64,000 bases of DNA from the human T2T-CHM13v2.0 reference genome, Homo sapiens. Position numbers and translations under genes: made by a program. How positions within the stretch are numbered: position 1 is the first letter of the stretch; every line of letters starts with the position of its first letter. The notes under the pieces are model-generated. The model saw only the letters and a program-made list of their open reading frames with translations. It did no database searches and had not been told where the DNA came from. This document shows, piece after piece, positions 47,061 through 61,191 of the stretch. The stretch lies in NCBI RefSeq assembly GCF_009914755.1, contig NC_060926.1. One strand, given 5' to 3'.

Positions 47061-47402
47061 GAGATAATCTGATTTAATTTGTTAAATAGACACTTGAGAC
47101 CCTGGTTTGGATTTCCAAAATTAGATTAAGACTGAAAATATACATTTGGGAGTAACTGTCTACTTCGCCTTCATTCTCTCCATCTCCATGGTTAACAAAA
47201 TCCTAATTTTATTCAAACATATAATATGCTCAACTAAAAATTCCCACCTTCTCAGACTTCCTAACATATGAGGTTGGTTCCTTGACTCTGAGTGCTACTA
47301 TGAGACGTGAAAGGAACTCCTCTAGGAACTGTGGGGTGTTTGCTTTCATGACACATGCACCACTCTGTTGCCCGGTGGCCTTTTCCCTATCTGCCTGCTT
47401 GG

Positions 47403-47844
47403 TGCAATGGAATGAATGCTTATGTTCCTCTAAATTTATATATTGAAATCCTAGCCCTAATTATTCAGTTCCTAGTAGTTTTAAAACTTAGGCCCCTATT
47501 TTTTTCACTGGCTGTCAGAGTCGTTCTCAACTAGCCATTTCCAGTTGGTATTAGAAAGTAAAGCTTTGGGAGGGGATTAGCTCATGAGAATGTAGCCCTC
47601 ATTAATAGGATTAGTTCCTTATAAAAGAGACCCCAGAGAGCTCTCTCACCTCCTTTCCACCACCTGAAGATACAAGGGAAAGTTGGCAGTCTGCAAGCTG
47701 GAAGAGGGGTCTCACCAGAGCCTGACCATGCTGCCACCCTGATCTTGGACTTCCAGCCTCCAGAACTATGGGAAATAAGTTTCTACTGTTTAAGCCCCCA
47801 GATCTGCAGTAATTCGTTAATAGCAGTTGGAACTGACTGAAACA
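47403..47844 (+). mobile_element. MLT1A0-like LTR with an ~85-bp foreign insert
   Basis: tgcaatggaatgaatg...cttataaaagagaccccagagagc...gatcttggacttccagcctccagaact. Confidence 0.8.
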
Positions 47845-49344
47845 TCTGGGAACCATGATATATCTGGCAATACAGCAGCCACACTGCAACCACATTTTTA
47901 TAAAGTAAGTGGTAATTAGAATGATGGAAGTGGATATCATGTAAGAAAAACAGAAAAAATATAGAGTATGAAGTAAATATGTTGGAAAACAAATTTTAAG
48001 CAACTTCAAACTTAAATGGTTTATTAGAAGAGGAAATGTTGAAAGAATAAATGAGAATGAGTAGCTGAAAAGGCTGGAAGGAAATTGATGAGGTGGAAGA
48101 GAAAAAAAACATGAGAGGAGAGAATGTTTTGGCAAGAGGGAGTGGTTGGTCATCCTAAATGATGTAAAGAAATTAATAAAAGTAATTAATTTTTGCATCT
48201 AGAAAATCCAAGATAAGTAAGCAATAATTAAAACTGTATGGAGAGTTCCAGTAGTAAATCAGATGTAAGACAACAATCAAATTCTCTCCAAATTGAAACT
48301 TCAACCCACCCTGCCACATGAATGCATCTTTTTGGATGCTATTTTTTCCCTTGACTTGATTCTGTTCTATTTTTTTCTTTGTTTTTTCATCTTCTTTGAT
48401 AATCTTCTCATAGCCATTGCAAGATATTCAGTCAGTAAAACCTCACAATCCTATTTGCATCCTTTCCATAACTCATTTGCAATAAATATGTTTAATGTTT
48501 GGGATGTTTAACTGATAACATTTTTATGAGATATTAATACTCTGGAAATCATTATTCTACAGAAAATCCTAGACAATTCATTTAAAAAATTCAGGCCGCA
48601 TCTGACTGAGAAAAATTTAACGGCAATATTCAAATGAAATAGAACTCCAACCAGTGTCTTTATAATTTTCTTTTGTATGAGAGAGAACTGCTACTACTTG
48701 GGCATAACTTTTCCCAGCACATGGACCATCTAAGAATATGACAATTATTTACTGTCATTACTGCTGAGAGACATGAAAAAAGATAAATTGTTGGATCTCT
48801 TTTATGGTTAGGGAGAATGCATTTTATAAAGATGAATATCATAGAACATTTATTTTTACTTCAGGCCCATGCCCACTGTATGAGACCCAATGAAATATTC
48901 ATTTTCTGCTCTCCTCCCTTCATTTGGGGGTAATGGGCTGTCATAAAGGGCCATAAAGCACTTTCCACTAAGAAGCTTTGAGACAAGGGGAGCCAGCTTA
49001 CCCCCTCCTCAAGTCAGGAGTAAGTGTCTATCTGGCTTTATTGCGTTTCATGAGTTTGTTGAGCAACCCAGTCCCCAAGAAGTGGTTCCCCAGGGCTTGT
49101 CTAGCAAGAGGAGGGCAATGTATCAATGACGAACCAGCATCCTGTCTGCCAGGTGTTCTCTGGTGCCATTATAGAAAGAAAACCCCGTGTGAGCCTCTGA
49201 TTGTTCTGACTCCTCTACCTTTTCTCTTGAAAGTGAAATTCCAGAACCTTGGACAAGGTGGGATTTGGTGAAATGTGTTAACAAGTTGCTTGGTTTGGTG
49301 GCTTGCCTTTGGGGAAAAAAAATTGGTAACTGCTAATGTAATGC

Positions 49345-50010
49345 TATGCTCATCTTTTATTGCTTCATGACAAATTATGACAAACTAGTGACTTGACAAA
49401 ACACCCATTTAGAATCTCACAGTTTCTGCAGGCCCAAAATTCAGGCATAGTATAGTTGAATTCTCTGCTCAAGGTCTCTCTCACATAAGTGAAATCCATT
49501 CTATGATGTTGACTGGTTTCAGTCTCTTCTGGAGCTTGGTGTCCTCTTCCATCATCATTTAGATTGTTGGAAGAATTCAGTACCTAGCAGTTTTAAGACT
49601 TAAGCCCCTATTTGTTTCACTAGCTCTCAAACAAGATTACTCTAGAGGCCACCGTCAGGTCCCCGTTATTTGGCTCTTATAGATGGCTCACAACCTGACT
49701 GTTTGCTTTCTTCCAGGCCAGTAGGAGAGGAGAGTTTCTCTACTGCTTCCAATTTCCCTTCAAAAGGGCATCACCAGATTAAGTCAGATCCATCCAGGAA
49801 AATCTGCCTTTTGATTTTACTGAAAGTCAACTGATTAGGGATTTTAACTACATCTGCAAAGTCCATTTTGCCATGCAATGTGGCATAATATTAGATAGAA
49901 AATCCCATCATATTCAAAAGTCCCACTAGCATTCAGGGGAGGGGATTGCATAGGTTTTGCATATCAGGAAGAGAAAATCTCGGAGCCGTCTAAGACTTCT
50001 GCCTCCCACA
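49345..50010 (-). mobile_element. MLT1E-like LTR
   Basis: acacccatttagaatctcacagtttctg...aagtcaactgattagggattttaactacatctgcaaa...ttctgcctcccaca. Confidence 0.75.
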
Positions 50011-50589
50011 CAATTCTGACCAAATTAGGTCTTTTTCAGACAAGACTCATCATCTCCTCACTCTGCTTTATTTTTTCACAGCATTTATCACTGTCTCATA
50101 CCATGTTGTCTAGTTCTCACTTATTTGTTAGCAATTTTTCACAATAGAATGTCAGCTCTCTTGCTCCCCATACAGATGTGCCTGCATATAATGGGCACCA
50201 AATTAATATTGACTAAATGAGTAAACTAGTAAATGAATGAGTGATTGAGTAAACAGAGAATTAAAAATGCAGGTTTTCTGCCTCCTAATAGATTACCTGT
50301 TTCCTGGATGTTGTCCAAGAGAAAATGAAGAAAGACCTATGATTTCAATTTCCCTCTCCTTCAAGATGGCAATCTTATTGACAGCTTCCTAGATCAACTC
50401 CCAGAAACAGCTTTGCTTCTAACATATTTAGAATGAATGTACTTCTGCTATTATTTCTTGAGAACAATTTTGAGAACTGTAGTTGGTGAACAGTGAAGGG
50501 GGAGGACTTGACTGAGAACTGAAACACGCAGGTCCAGATCATCCAGCAGGCAGCTTTCTCCCTTCAGGGTCCAGAGATCCTTGCTTTCC

Positions 50590-50924
<335 letters not shown>

Positions 50925-51409
50925 TAACTACATGAGACTGAACCCAACAGAGGGCTGATGTTTTAGCTCATTAATGCTGAATTACCAGAGGTGCTAGAAT
51001 TGTGGACTCAACCACCTGTAATGATATGCTGACATTTCTTCAGGAGAGTTGGATTGATTTGAAAGGGTGCTATTATCAGGCTGCCATGGGAAGTAGAAGA
51101 AAATCCAAACTGACATTGAATAATTGAAGAATTTTATTACCTGTGAGTGATTGCTAACCTGGCATTCCTTCTCTCTAGCATGTAGCTCATTTGTTATTTT
51201 CCTTTCTCTCTTACACATTCTAAGCTTGTTCTTTAATCTGCTACCCCGACCATCTCAGGTCGTTGGTAACTTAGGACCCTCTTTCCCTAGTCAATTTCTG
51301 CTATTCCTGACTTTTTAATCAATCTGTCATCTATCTGAATGCAATCCCAGCAAACACACTTGGATCCATGTCCCCTTGGTATTCTGCAAGGTACATCACT
51401 TTATGTAGC

Positions 51410-51610
51410 CTCTCATTTGAGTTTCAGCTCTGAAGTTAAGGGACTTTGAGACAGTTGGGTAAATTGTTTAATCTCTTGAATTCTCAGTTCCCTTGTCTGT
51501 AAAATCTGTGTAAAACAGTCCCTGAATTACTCACAATGTTGTTGAAAGGGTGAATTAAATAACATATGTGAGTATTGTTTAGTAAAGCACTGTATGGCTG
51601 TGTTATTATT
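51410..51610 (+). mobile_element. MIR relic
   Basis: ttgggtaaattgtttaatctcttgaattctcagttcccttgtctgtaaaat core. Confidence 0.65.
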
Positions 51611-52636
51611 AGGATGCAAAAAGAGCAAAGTGCTGTCGCTGTGGCTCAAGTATGGCCACAATCATTCCTTAGGCATTGGGTGATTCACTTTATATGGCCT
51701 ATAATCATTCCAGCTTGTATAGCTCTTACTTTTAATATTTCCATGGTTTGCTGTTCTCACTTCCACTGGAAAATTTAGCTCTTGATCTGGATGCACTGAA
51801 GTTGAGATTGGTAACTCTTTAGTGCCTGCCATTGTCTGATGAACCCAGCTGCTTCCTTCTGCTCTGATGGCTAACCCCTCTTCAGAGCACTCAAGGAAGG
51901 AAATACCCGGGTGGTTGGATGCCCAGCACAGCACACAGACTTGGGACTGCTTCACAAATATGGACCTCAGTCTGGTAAAAGGCTTCTCAGGAGGCAGCTC
52001 TGAGATGGTCAGTAATAAGTCACTCACTGCCATGCTCCACAGAGCACCCAAATGGCCAATCTCATTTTTCCTCCTAAAGGAGAAGCTCAGTGGTAAGAAA
52101 AGATGGGCTGGTCACTCAGCTGAGAGATATGGTACCAAACAAGAATGATCAAACTTCTTTGTGAATTATGAAGCTTGCTGAATCCTCCGGTATCAAAAGA
52201 ACTCAGACTCTGGGTCATTGTGCCACTGATAAAGCAATTTGTATCTTAATAACATATTCTTAACCATTTAAAGATGTTTTCCCAAGAGTGATTTATATAA
52301 TTTCTCTTCTATATGACCTTGAAAGTTTGGGCAGGTGCACCACTACAACCTTCAAATCCAAGTTCAATTTGGAAACTGAATGACAAAGACCACTAAAAGT
52401 TGGCCAGAGGAGGAATGGGAGAAGCAAGACTGAGAACCAGCAGACACTAAGTAGAAATACAGTGTAAGGGTCTATGTGAGCTTAACATTTTCCAAATAGT
52501 GAAACTTTTCACCTAATTCAAGTTTGCATTGTACATTGAGACCAAAGAAAGCCCTTTGTGTACATTTTTCACTGGAAGGTTTTGGCTGAAAATTATTGGA
52601 TTAGCACACAGGTGGGACAAATAGAAAGGATGCTTC

Positions 52637-53546
52637 CACTTATGAGTGAGAACATGCAGTGTTTGGTTTTCTGTTCCTGTGTTAGTTTGCTGAGAATCAT
52701 GGTTTCCAGCTTCATCCATGTCCCTGCAAAGGACATGAACTTAGCCTTTTTTATGGCTGCATAGTATTCCATGGTGTATATATGCCACATTTTCTTTATC
52801 CAGTCTATCATTGATGGCCATTTGATTTGGTTCCAAGTCTTTGCTATTGTGAACAGTGCTGCAATAAACATACTTGTGCATGTGTCTTTATAGTAGAATG
52901 ATTTATAATCCTTTTGGTATACACCCAGTAATGGGATTGCTGGGTCAAATGGTATTTCTGGTTCTAGATCCTTAAGGAATTGCCACACTGTTTTCCACAA
53001 TGGTTGAAATAATTTACACTCCCACCAACAGTGTAAAAGCATTCCTATTTCTCCACATCCTCTCCAGCACCTGTTGTTTCCTGACTTTTTAATAATCGCC
53101 ATTCTACCTGGCGTGAGATGGTATCTCATTGTGGTTTTGATTTGCATTTCTCTAATGACCAGTGATGATGAGCTTTTCTTCATGTTTGTTTTGGCCGCAT
53201 ACATGTCTTCTTTTGAGAAGTGTCTGTTCATATTCTTTGCCCACTTTTTGATGTTGTTTTTTTTTTCTTATAAATTTGTTTAAGTTCCTTGTAGATCCTG
53301 GATATTGGCCCTTTGTCAGATGGATAGATTGCAATGAGGACACATGGACACAAGGAGGGGAATATCACACAACAGGGCCTGTCAGAGGGTGGGAGGCTAG
53401 GGGCAGGATAGCATTAGGAGAAATACCTAATGTAGATGATGGGTTGATGGGTGCAGCAAACCACCATGGCATGTGTATACCTATGTAACAAACCTGCACG
53501 TTCTACACGTGTATCCCAGAACGTAAAGTATAATAAAAATAAAAAA
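52637..53546 (+). mobile_element. L1PA7-like 5'-inverted (twin-primed) LINE-1
   Basis: Antisense ORF2 C-terminus 52637-53332, sense 3'UTR and poly(A) 53332-53546; TSD AGAAAGGATGCTTC at 52623-52636 and 53547-53560. Confidence 0.93.
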
Positions 53547-53804
53547 AGAAAGGATGCTTCTTTCTGTCAGTTCATCAACACAGTTAGACAAGCTGTAAAG
53601 TGAGCTAGCATTCATCTCTAGTACCAAAGGAAGAACAGACCAGACAGAAACATTTCCACAGAGGTGGAAATTTCTGGCAGTAACATAGTCTGCTGCATGT
53701 GAAGCAGAACAAAAGGAAGGGCTGAGTCTTTCAAAATTTTTTGACCATGACTAGCTCAAAGAATTGTTTTTGACATTGCATTTTACATTAATATCTAGTA
53801 AAAC

Positions 53805-53875
53805 CACACATAAACACACACACATACACACACACACACTGACACACACAGATACAGATACAGATACAGAGACAC
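53805..53875. repeat. Imperfect (CA)n then (GATACA)n
   Basis: Directly visible. Confidence 0.85.
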
Positions 53876-55179
53876 CTATGACAGAAACAAAAATTTATAG
53901 AGTGATACTTAGCCTTACAATATGTGATCCAGGCTTGCAGTTCTGTTCTATTCCATTTCATTTTGTATAAAATATGATGATGATGTTGGGTGCAAACTTC
54001 CATTTGAAAAATCCTGCACAAGAGGCTCATATGTAAGGGAAACTTGGCTGAGAATTAGGGTGGATCTGTTCTGCCTTCATTCTTACTTGGACGTGAGTTT
54101 TGCCTTTTTGGAAGTGATAGAATTGAGGTGAGGGGGTGTTATATTAGGTGATTTTGTTTAACAGTTTCCCTGTGTGTAGTATAATTTCAGGAATACAAAG
54201 AAATCTAAACCTTTTCCTCACCACTTCTCTGACACCCCAAATTCATCATTCACTCATCTATTGCTTTAACAGAGGTACATTGAATGTCTCGTGTGTGTCA
54301 GGCATTTTTGAAGAACAAATTTTGGATTATTATTTTCTACCTTTTGATAGTTCTCCTTTCTAAAATAAAAATACCTTATCTGAAAAGAAGTATTTTAAAA
54401 TTATTCTCAGTGATTTGTAAAAATCTACTTTATTTCAATTTATTCAGAATGTTTTTAACTGATAGAAACAGGCTACATAAATTGCAACTTTAATATTCAG
54501 AGTTTACTTTAATGCTCTCAGAAGGAAGATGGTTGTACATATGAAGAAACCCACAATAACACTGTGTCCACATCTTCACAAGAAACCTTTCAAAATACCT
54601 GACCTGTAATCTAGACTACTTGTCCATAAATTTCTAACATCTTACTCCTAGGCTGGAAAGCAAATGTATTTCCTTGGCCTTTTGCTGACAGAAAGAAAAG
54701 GGTGCCAATAATCTCTGGATACTTGCTAACTAATAAAGTTTGTTTTTCTCAATTTTTAACAGTGTGTCAGGCTGCCAACCAGGATAGAACCACACAAAAA
54801 TGACTTGACTTTTTTGTCTGTTGATTGATTTTCATTGATATATTCAGAAGATAATTCTGAATGGCTTGGTTTACCTATCAAAACAGTATCATGTTTTTCA
54901 ACATACCACACAATATTCAGACCCTCATCAAAAATAATGTGCCTTCTCACCTCTGTTACTACACTAGCTTTCTGGCTGGATTCTTCCACCCCAGATTTAT
55001 TCTCCTGCAAAGCACTCTACTCACTATTCTTATCAAAATATACTCTTCACAGCTTCTAATTCATGTCTTTAAATTTTCTAACTCTGTGAACTGCTATATA
55101 CTATCCTTTCACTTGGGATGTCTTTCTTACCTTGGAGTATTGAAGTTTATCTTCAGGGATCAGTTGAAATATTATTATT

Positions 55180-56270
55180 CATTCAGTAATTTAATTCATT
55201 CAGCTATATGTATTTATTATACACTTATTATATACAAGACACTATTAGAGACCAATTGTCTATACTTTCAGCTCCCATGTTTCTTATAATCCAGTGGTGG
55301 AGATAGCGTAGTAAGCAGGCAATTACATTACCATGTGATGGTTGCCATCTATGTTTGTGGGGATCAGGGAAGGCTTTGAAATAAGTAACATTTATGCTAA
55401 AACTGAAATAGATGAAAGATAGGCAGAAACAGAGGAGAATAATCCAAATAAAGGGAGAAGTGTGTATGAAAAAATCTATAGATGAGAGAGCTAAAAAATA
55501 CTTAGCAATGGCAAGCTTAGTTGAAGCAAAAGTTGAGGCTCGGAAAGTAAGTAAAAACCACATCATGAGGGTACTCCACCTTGAAAAAAAACGGAGCTCT
55601 TGAAATATTTTAAGCGGAAGAGTAGCTTTATCAGATTTGCACTCGAGAACAAGTTTGTCAGCCGTAATGAAATCTGATTAAAGGAAACCAAACTTAGATT
55701 GGAGAGGCTCTTATAGAAGTGCAAATACAAAATGATGCTGGCCTGAACTGGTGAAGTGGCAGGAAAAGAGAATAAATTGAGAAGGTTTCATACATTTAAT
55801 GGAATGCAGGCTTTGATGATGGATTAGATTGAGGAATGGTTTTATGTTGAAATAAGGCTTTAGATTTTGGCATGCTGATTTTCCGGTATTTGTGGGAAAG
55901 CCAGAAGCAGAGGTCTAGCACACAGTAGGATATTAGGATCGGAATATCAAAACAGACCTATGAGTTTTAGTTGTGAATTTATGAGTTAGCGTCATTAGAT
56001 GGTAATTAAACCATGGGAATGAATGGCATTCACAGAGGCAAATAGTTAGAAGACCTAGAATAAACTCTGAGAAACACAAAACTGTAGTGGCTTGGAAGAG
56101 CAGAAGCCCCTGAAATAATGATAAAGAACAACCAAAGGATGTGGAAAACCAGAGGACATCTTGTCACAGAGGCAGCAGGAAAGGATGTGCTTTACAGAAA
56201 TGAAGGTTCGAGAGTGCAGTGCTCCCAGGCAATCGAGTCAAATAAGGACTGAGATGTGCCTATTTATAGG
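55180..56270 (-). mobile_element. L2 relic
   Basis: ttcattcagtaatttaattcattcagctatatgtatttatt tail; gtcaaataaggactgagatgtgcc. Confidence 0.6.
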
Positions 56271-56603
56271 AGTCCCATAGGTGCTAGTTTGCCCAGAAAA
56301 GTCTGAATTTAGGCTAAAATGGTATGACTAACCCATCTTTCGTTCTCAAATGTGTCCCATTTTCAACAATAAATGATAAACCTATTGTTGGTAAGGATAG
56401 TTTTGGGATGTTAGGGAGTACAAAAACTAGCAAGCAGTGGGTTAAGAGTGGAGTTGTAGAAATTAAAACAGAAACCCACTTTGTATAGGTCGTTCTTTGA
56501 ATTGGTTATGGCAGAATGAGAGGGATTAGATGAGAGAAGCATGGAGAAGAGGGATGTTACCCTAAGGATCATGTTTAAATGTTGGTGGGAAAAAGAATAC
56601 ATA

Positions 56604-57032
56604 CAGTTGACCCTTGAATAACACAGTTTTGCCCTGTGTCCACTTATATGTGGATTTTCTTCCTTTTCTTCTGCCCGTGAGGCAGCAAGACCAACTCCTC
56701 CTCTTCCCCCTCCTCCACAGCCTACTCAATATGGTGATGATGAGGATGTAGACCTTTATGAGGCTCCACTTCCATTTAACAAATAGTAAATATATTTTCA
56801 CTTACAATTTTTTAATAATATTTTCTTTTCCCTAACTTACTCTATTGTAGGAAACAGTATAAAATTCACAAAACATACAAAATATGTGTTAATTGACCAT
56901 GTTATTAATAAGGCTCTAGCTAATGGTAGCCTATTAGTAGTTAAGTTTAAGGAGTCAAAACTTATACACAAATTTTCAGCTGCATGAGGCGGTCAGCACC
57001 CCACAACCCTCATGTTGCTCAAAGTTCAACTG
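56604..57032. mobile_element. Tigger2a/MER28-like DNA transposon
   Basis: TIRs CAGTTGACCCTTGAA ... ctcaaagttCAACTG; preceded by TA; ~430 bp. Confidence 0.85.
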
Positions 57033-57799
57033 TGCAAAGAAAACATGATAATAGAAAGAAGTTTCTCAGAAGGCAGGGGAAGGTAAAGTTGGAAACACAA
57101 AAGCATAATCATTAGAAAATAAAATGATAGCTTTTGTATTGCATTCAAAGAGGAGGAAGAAAGAATACATCACCTAATGCAGGAAATCTGTAGATTTTTT
57201 AAGGGTTTCTATGAAGTGACTTATCCTTTCTTGTCAAAGTTAGAAGGTAGGTTATTTGCTTAGACTTCCTTGTTCTTATACACAAATGCAATTTGTTGAG
57301 TTTTGTAAATCAAAGTACAATATTTTAGCTATTATTAGCTGAATTTGGCGAGGTTAGAACTGAGGATTAGTTATTTCAGCTTAGTCTTCAGGATCTACAG
57401 TCAGTGGTGGAGGTGGGATGGGGCCGAGTTGAGTGCGGGTGGGAGCTGGGGGTGTTCCCTGATTCCAAAGCCTGGTCTCTGACTCCTGAGCAGGGCTGCT
57501 GCTATCCTTCCATTTCCACATACATTGAACAACAAACTTTTTTTCAGTTTTCAGCCTGTGTTTTGAAAGTGGTGGGAGACAACACTTTCACTTGGTGCAT
57601 TCACTTAAGTGTCTCTCTGATTTCTCCTTTGGGAATTCTTCTACACTTTAGCAAGGAGGGAAACAGGAGCATATTTTCACAGCATTTCTGCCTCCTAAAG
57701 AAACCATGCTCATGTTCTTGCAAGTTTGAGCATAGTTATGGAGATTCTAATTTAATATATAAAATTAGGACCGGACAATATAAATCGGATGTTTTGTAC

Positions 57800-58005
57800 T
57801 AGGAGTTGAAAGTCTTCTGAATTGAGAGATAAAACACCTGGGCTTGATTTTCAATTTTGCCACTTACTAGTTGTGTTACCTTAGAAAACTTACATAAACT
57901 CATGCCTTTATTTGTTTACCTATAAAATGGGATATTGTATTCTACTCTGCTAAATGCCTGTTGCTTCTGTGATAATTAGATCAGGCAATATATGTGAAAG
58001 CACAT
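57800..58005 (+). mobile_element. MIR relic
   Basis: ttgccacttactagttgtgttaccttagaaaacttac...cctataaaatgggat. Confidence 0.7.
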
Positions 58006-58146
58006 CTAATTAAATTCAAATTATGAAACCAAAGGAAGAATCTGGGATTCCTCTGTGGACCATGAGATCCACATAGGCCCATGAAAGTGGGCTCATTCTG
58101 ATGTAAAATTGTGGAAACATAGAGCAGAAAATATAAAGAACAATCT

Positions 58147-58193
58147 GAAGTCAAGTTTCAATCAACTAGAAGTCAAGTTTCAATCAACTAGAA
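58147..58193. repeat. Perfect 22-bp tandem duplication
   Basis: GAAGTCAAGTTTCAATCAACTA twice, followed by GAA. Confidence 0.95.
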
Positions 58194-59767
58194 TTCAACT
58201 AATCAACATCAGTCAACTGATCAAGGGTTTGTGGGGTGTAGTTTTGTAGTTTTGGTTTTGTTTTTGATTTGGTATTTCATTTTTAGGATTTAGACAACAC
58301 ACACACACACACACCCACATACCCATCACCAAATTCAGAGGCTATAACCTGGAATAATTTTTAGAAAGACAGTCAGCATAATATCTGCATCAATAATATA
58401 TGAGAATCATAAACAGTGACCCTTAAAGCACATTGAGTTCAATAACTTCCACTATAATCTATCTCCCAAGGCAGGAAAATTTTAGAAGTTTATAATTAAG
58501 TTATAGGGTTTTTTCCCCTCATTAATTCTGAGATGGCCAATAATGCAATGCCATTGTTCAAGTAATTCAAGAAATTAAAATTATACTCTAGGCTATCATT
58601 AGACTTTTGACTCTTCAAGCTAGTCTACTTAAAGCTTTTCATGCAAATGATACATTTTTAGCTCTACATTTTGTGATGGTCTCACCCTGCCTGCAGCGCT
58701 CTTCTTTCTAAAGTGGGTCCATCTGATAGTTCCAAATGGAGCACATTTCTACTCTTGATTTGCAGAGATATATCTGGAAGTACATTCGGTTTGAATCTCT
58801 GCTTTGGTAGTTTAGAAGAGCTGTTGATATGTTTCAGCAATGGGAGTACTGTCCAACAATCTGCTCCTCCTCCAATCCTTCCCTGCAAAGATCCATGAGT
58901 GTAGCAGCACAGTCCAGGCCAAGTGGAAATCTCCCCAACTAGTGATGGAGTCAAATCTTATAATAATGAGAGAGAGTAGTTTTTCTAAGATGTTTCATCC
59001 AGACATGATTCTCTTCTCTAACGTGGCAACTTCAATGACAGTGAAACACTCTGAAGACAGACGCCACCAAAAGGATGGTCATCCCCTTCATCCATATGGT
59101 CCTACCTTCTCCTCTCATATGCTTAGGATGAGGAACTTCTTCTATACCCACATTTGGAAGATGACAGTTAGTCTAGTTCACTCATGGGGATTCCACTCCC
59201 TTTGCCAATAATCAATATAGGAATAGACATATGAAAAAAATGTTGATCAAGAAGATAGAGGAAAAAATATTGCTCAAAGTGTCCTGGGAAATGTTTTACT
59301 TGTTATTACAAAAAAAAACTGTTGTGAAAAGAAGCTTCTATGTTTCTCTACCCCTTGGTGAGGTTATATGTGGACAGTTGTCTAAGGGTGTGGTATCTGA
59401 AGCTGTGACTGCCATTTTGTGACCATGAGGAGGCAAGCTGGAGGATGATAGCCAATGGGTACAGACAACAGAGTGGTAATATGGAAAGAAATTTGGTCTT
59501 CTACTGCTGAGCAAACTAAGTCTGTCACCACCTGCCTCTGGTTTCACTGATACTTGCAACCAAAAGCACCATACACTACCCTTAATTAAGTTTACATGAG
59601 CTGATTCTAACCTTTTTTTCTCATCAAAGACAGCATTTATTGGAAGGCCTTTGGTTGCCTTCTGCATGGAATGAGTACCCACAGGCCCACTTCACAGATG
59701 AAGATGTAACATAAATAGGAACAAGTAACAAAATGCCTCTATCCTAGAACCAGAACTTTATTCACCT

Positions 59768-60164
59768 TGAGTTAGTCCATTTTGCATTGCTATAAAGGAA
59801 TACCTGAGACTGGGTAACTTGTAAAGAAAAGAGGTTTATTTGGCTCACAGTTCTGCAGACTGTACAAGCATAGCACCTGTATCTGCTTGGCTTCCAGTGA
59901 GGATTCAGAAAGCTTTTAGTCATGATGGAAGGTAAAAGGGGAGCAAGCATATCACACAGTGAGAGAGAGTGAGAAAGAGATGGGGGAGGTCCCAGACTCC
60001 TTAATTACTAGATCTCACATAAACTCATTACTGGAGGGAGGGAAGAAAACCATTCATGAGGGATCCACTCCCATAACCCAAACACCTCCTACCAGGCCCC
60101 ACTTCCAGCATTGGGGATCACATTTTAACATGAGATTTGGAGGGGACAAAATTCAGATTATATC
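59768..60164 (-). mobile_element. MSTB-like solo LTR
   Basis: ttagtccattttgcattgctataaaggaatacctgagactgggtaa...acatgagatttggaggggaca...tatatca. Confidence 0.85.
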
Positions 60165-60877
60165 AACCCTACTTGCTTCATCAACTCTACTAACTTCCTG
60201 ACTTCCTGAGTCAGGAGCAAACACCATCCCTTTGCTGCCTCTGCCAACCTCACTGAACATGACTACTCTGCATTCCCCTGATCTTTCCTGGTTGTTTAAA
60301 TTTCTACATAATCCCAACTGCTGCTCTGTGCTTTCATTCCACGGCCATCCACATACCAGCATGACATGTCCTCACTTTTGAATGTGACTGATAACTTTGA
60401 CAGCACTCAGCAGGCGATACCTCTGTGTGTTCTGCTTTCACCCCTAGAATTCCTCACATACGTGGAGATCAGAAAGCCCCCACCACTCAAAACCTGGCTG
60501 GATGGAAAGCTTTTCCTCAACTAAGACATTATACTATTGTTAGAGTGTGAATCTTAAGACAGGCTTGACTTAGATTCTCAGGTCATTATACAAATGACCG
60601 TCAGTCAACTCCTGATCCTTTTCTTCCACCTTAGTCTCCAGCATGGTCTCTTGATCTACATTAGGGTATCTTAAATCAAATCTTACTCTGTCTTGATAAC
60701 GTCTTAAAATCACAAATTAAATTATTTATTCCTATTTATGACAACCCTATTTAAAAATTATTTACAACTATTTTCTGTACATTTCCATATATTCATTTTT
60801 TACCTTGTATATGTAAATATAGCTATAGATATTTATATAGACATACAAATAGATAGATACAAATATCCGCCTATAGA

Positions 60878-61191
60878 CAGTCAGCTCCCCACATCAGCAG
60901 GTTTCATATCCATGGATTCAGCCAACTACAGATAGAAAATATTTGGAAAAAAAAAGACAATAAAAAGTTACAATGCAACAATAAAAATAATAAAAATAAA
61001 ACATAATACAGTATAACAAATATTTACAAAATATTTACATTGTATTAGGTATTATAAGTAACCTACAGATAATTTAAAGTATATGGAAAGATGTGTGTAG
61101 TCTTTATTCATGTGAGGGACCAGAGCATCCATGAATTTTGGCATCCAAGGGAGTTCTGGAACAAATACTCACTGATACTGAGAGATGACTA
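60878..61191. mobile_element. Tigger3a/MER2-like DNA transposon
   Basis: cagtcagctcc...tttacattgtattaggtattataagtaa...gatactgagagatgact. Confidence 0.75.

Noticed and set aside
47611-48198. 195-aa minus-strand ORF
   Set aside because: Low-complexity F/L/S-rich frame running into antisense MLT1A; no domain recognised.
48870-49335. Possible old ERVL/Gypsy-type LTR
   Set aside because: LTR-like composition, but I could not assign a family or termini reliably.
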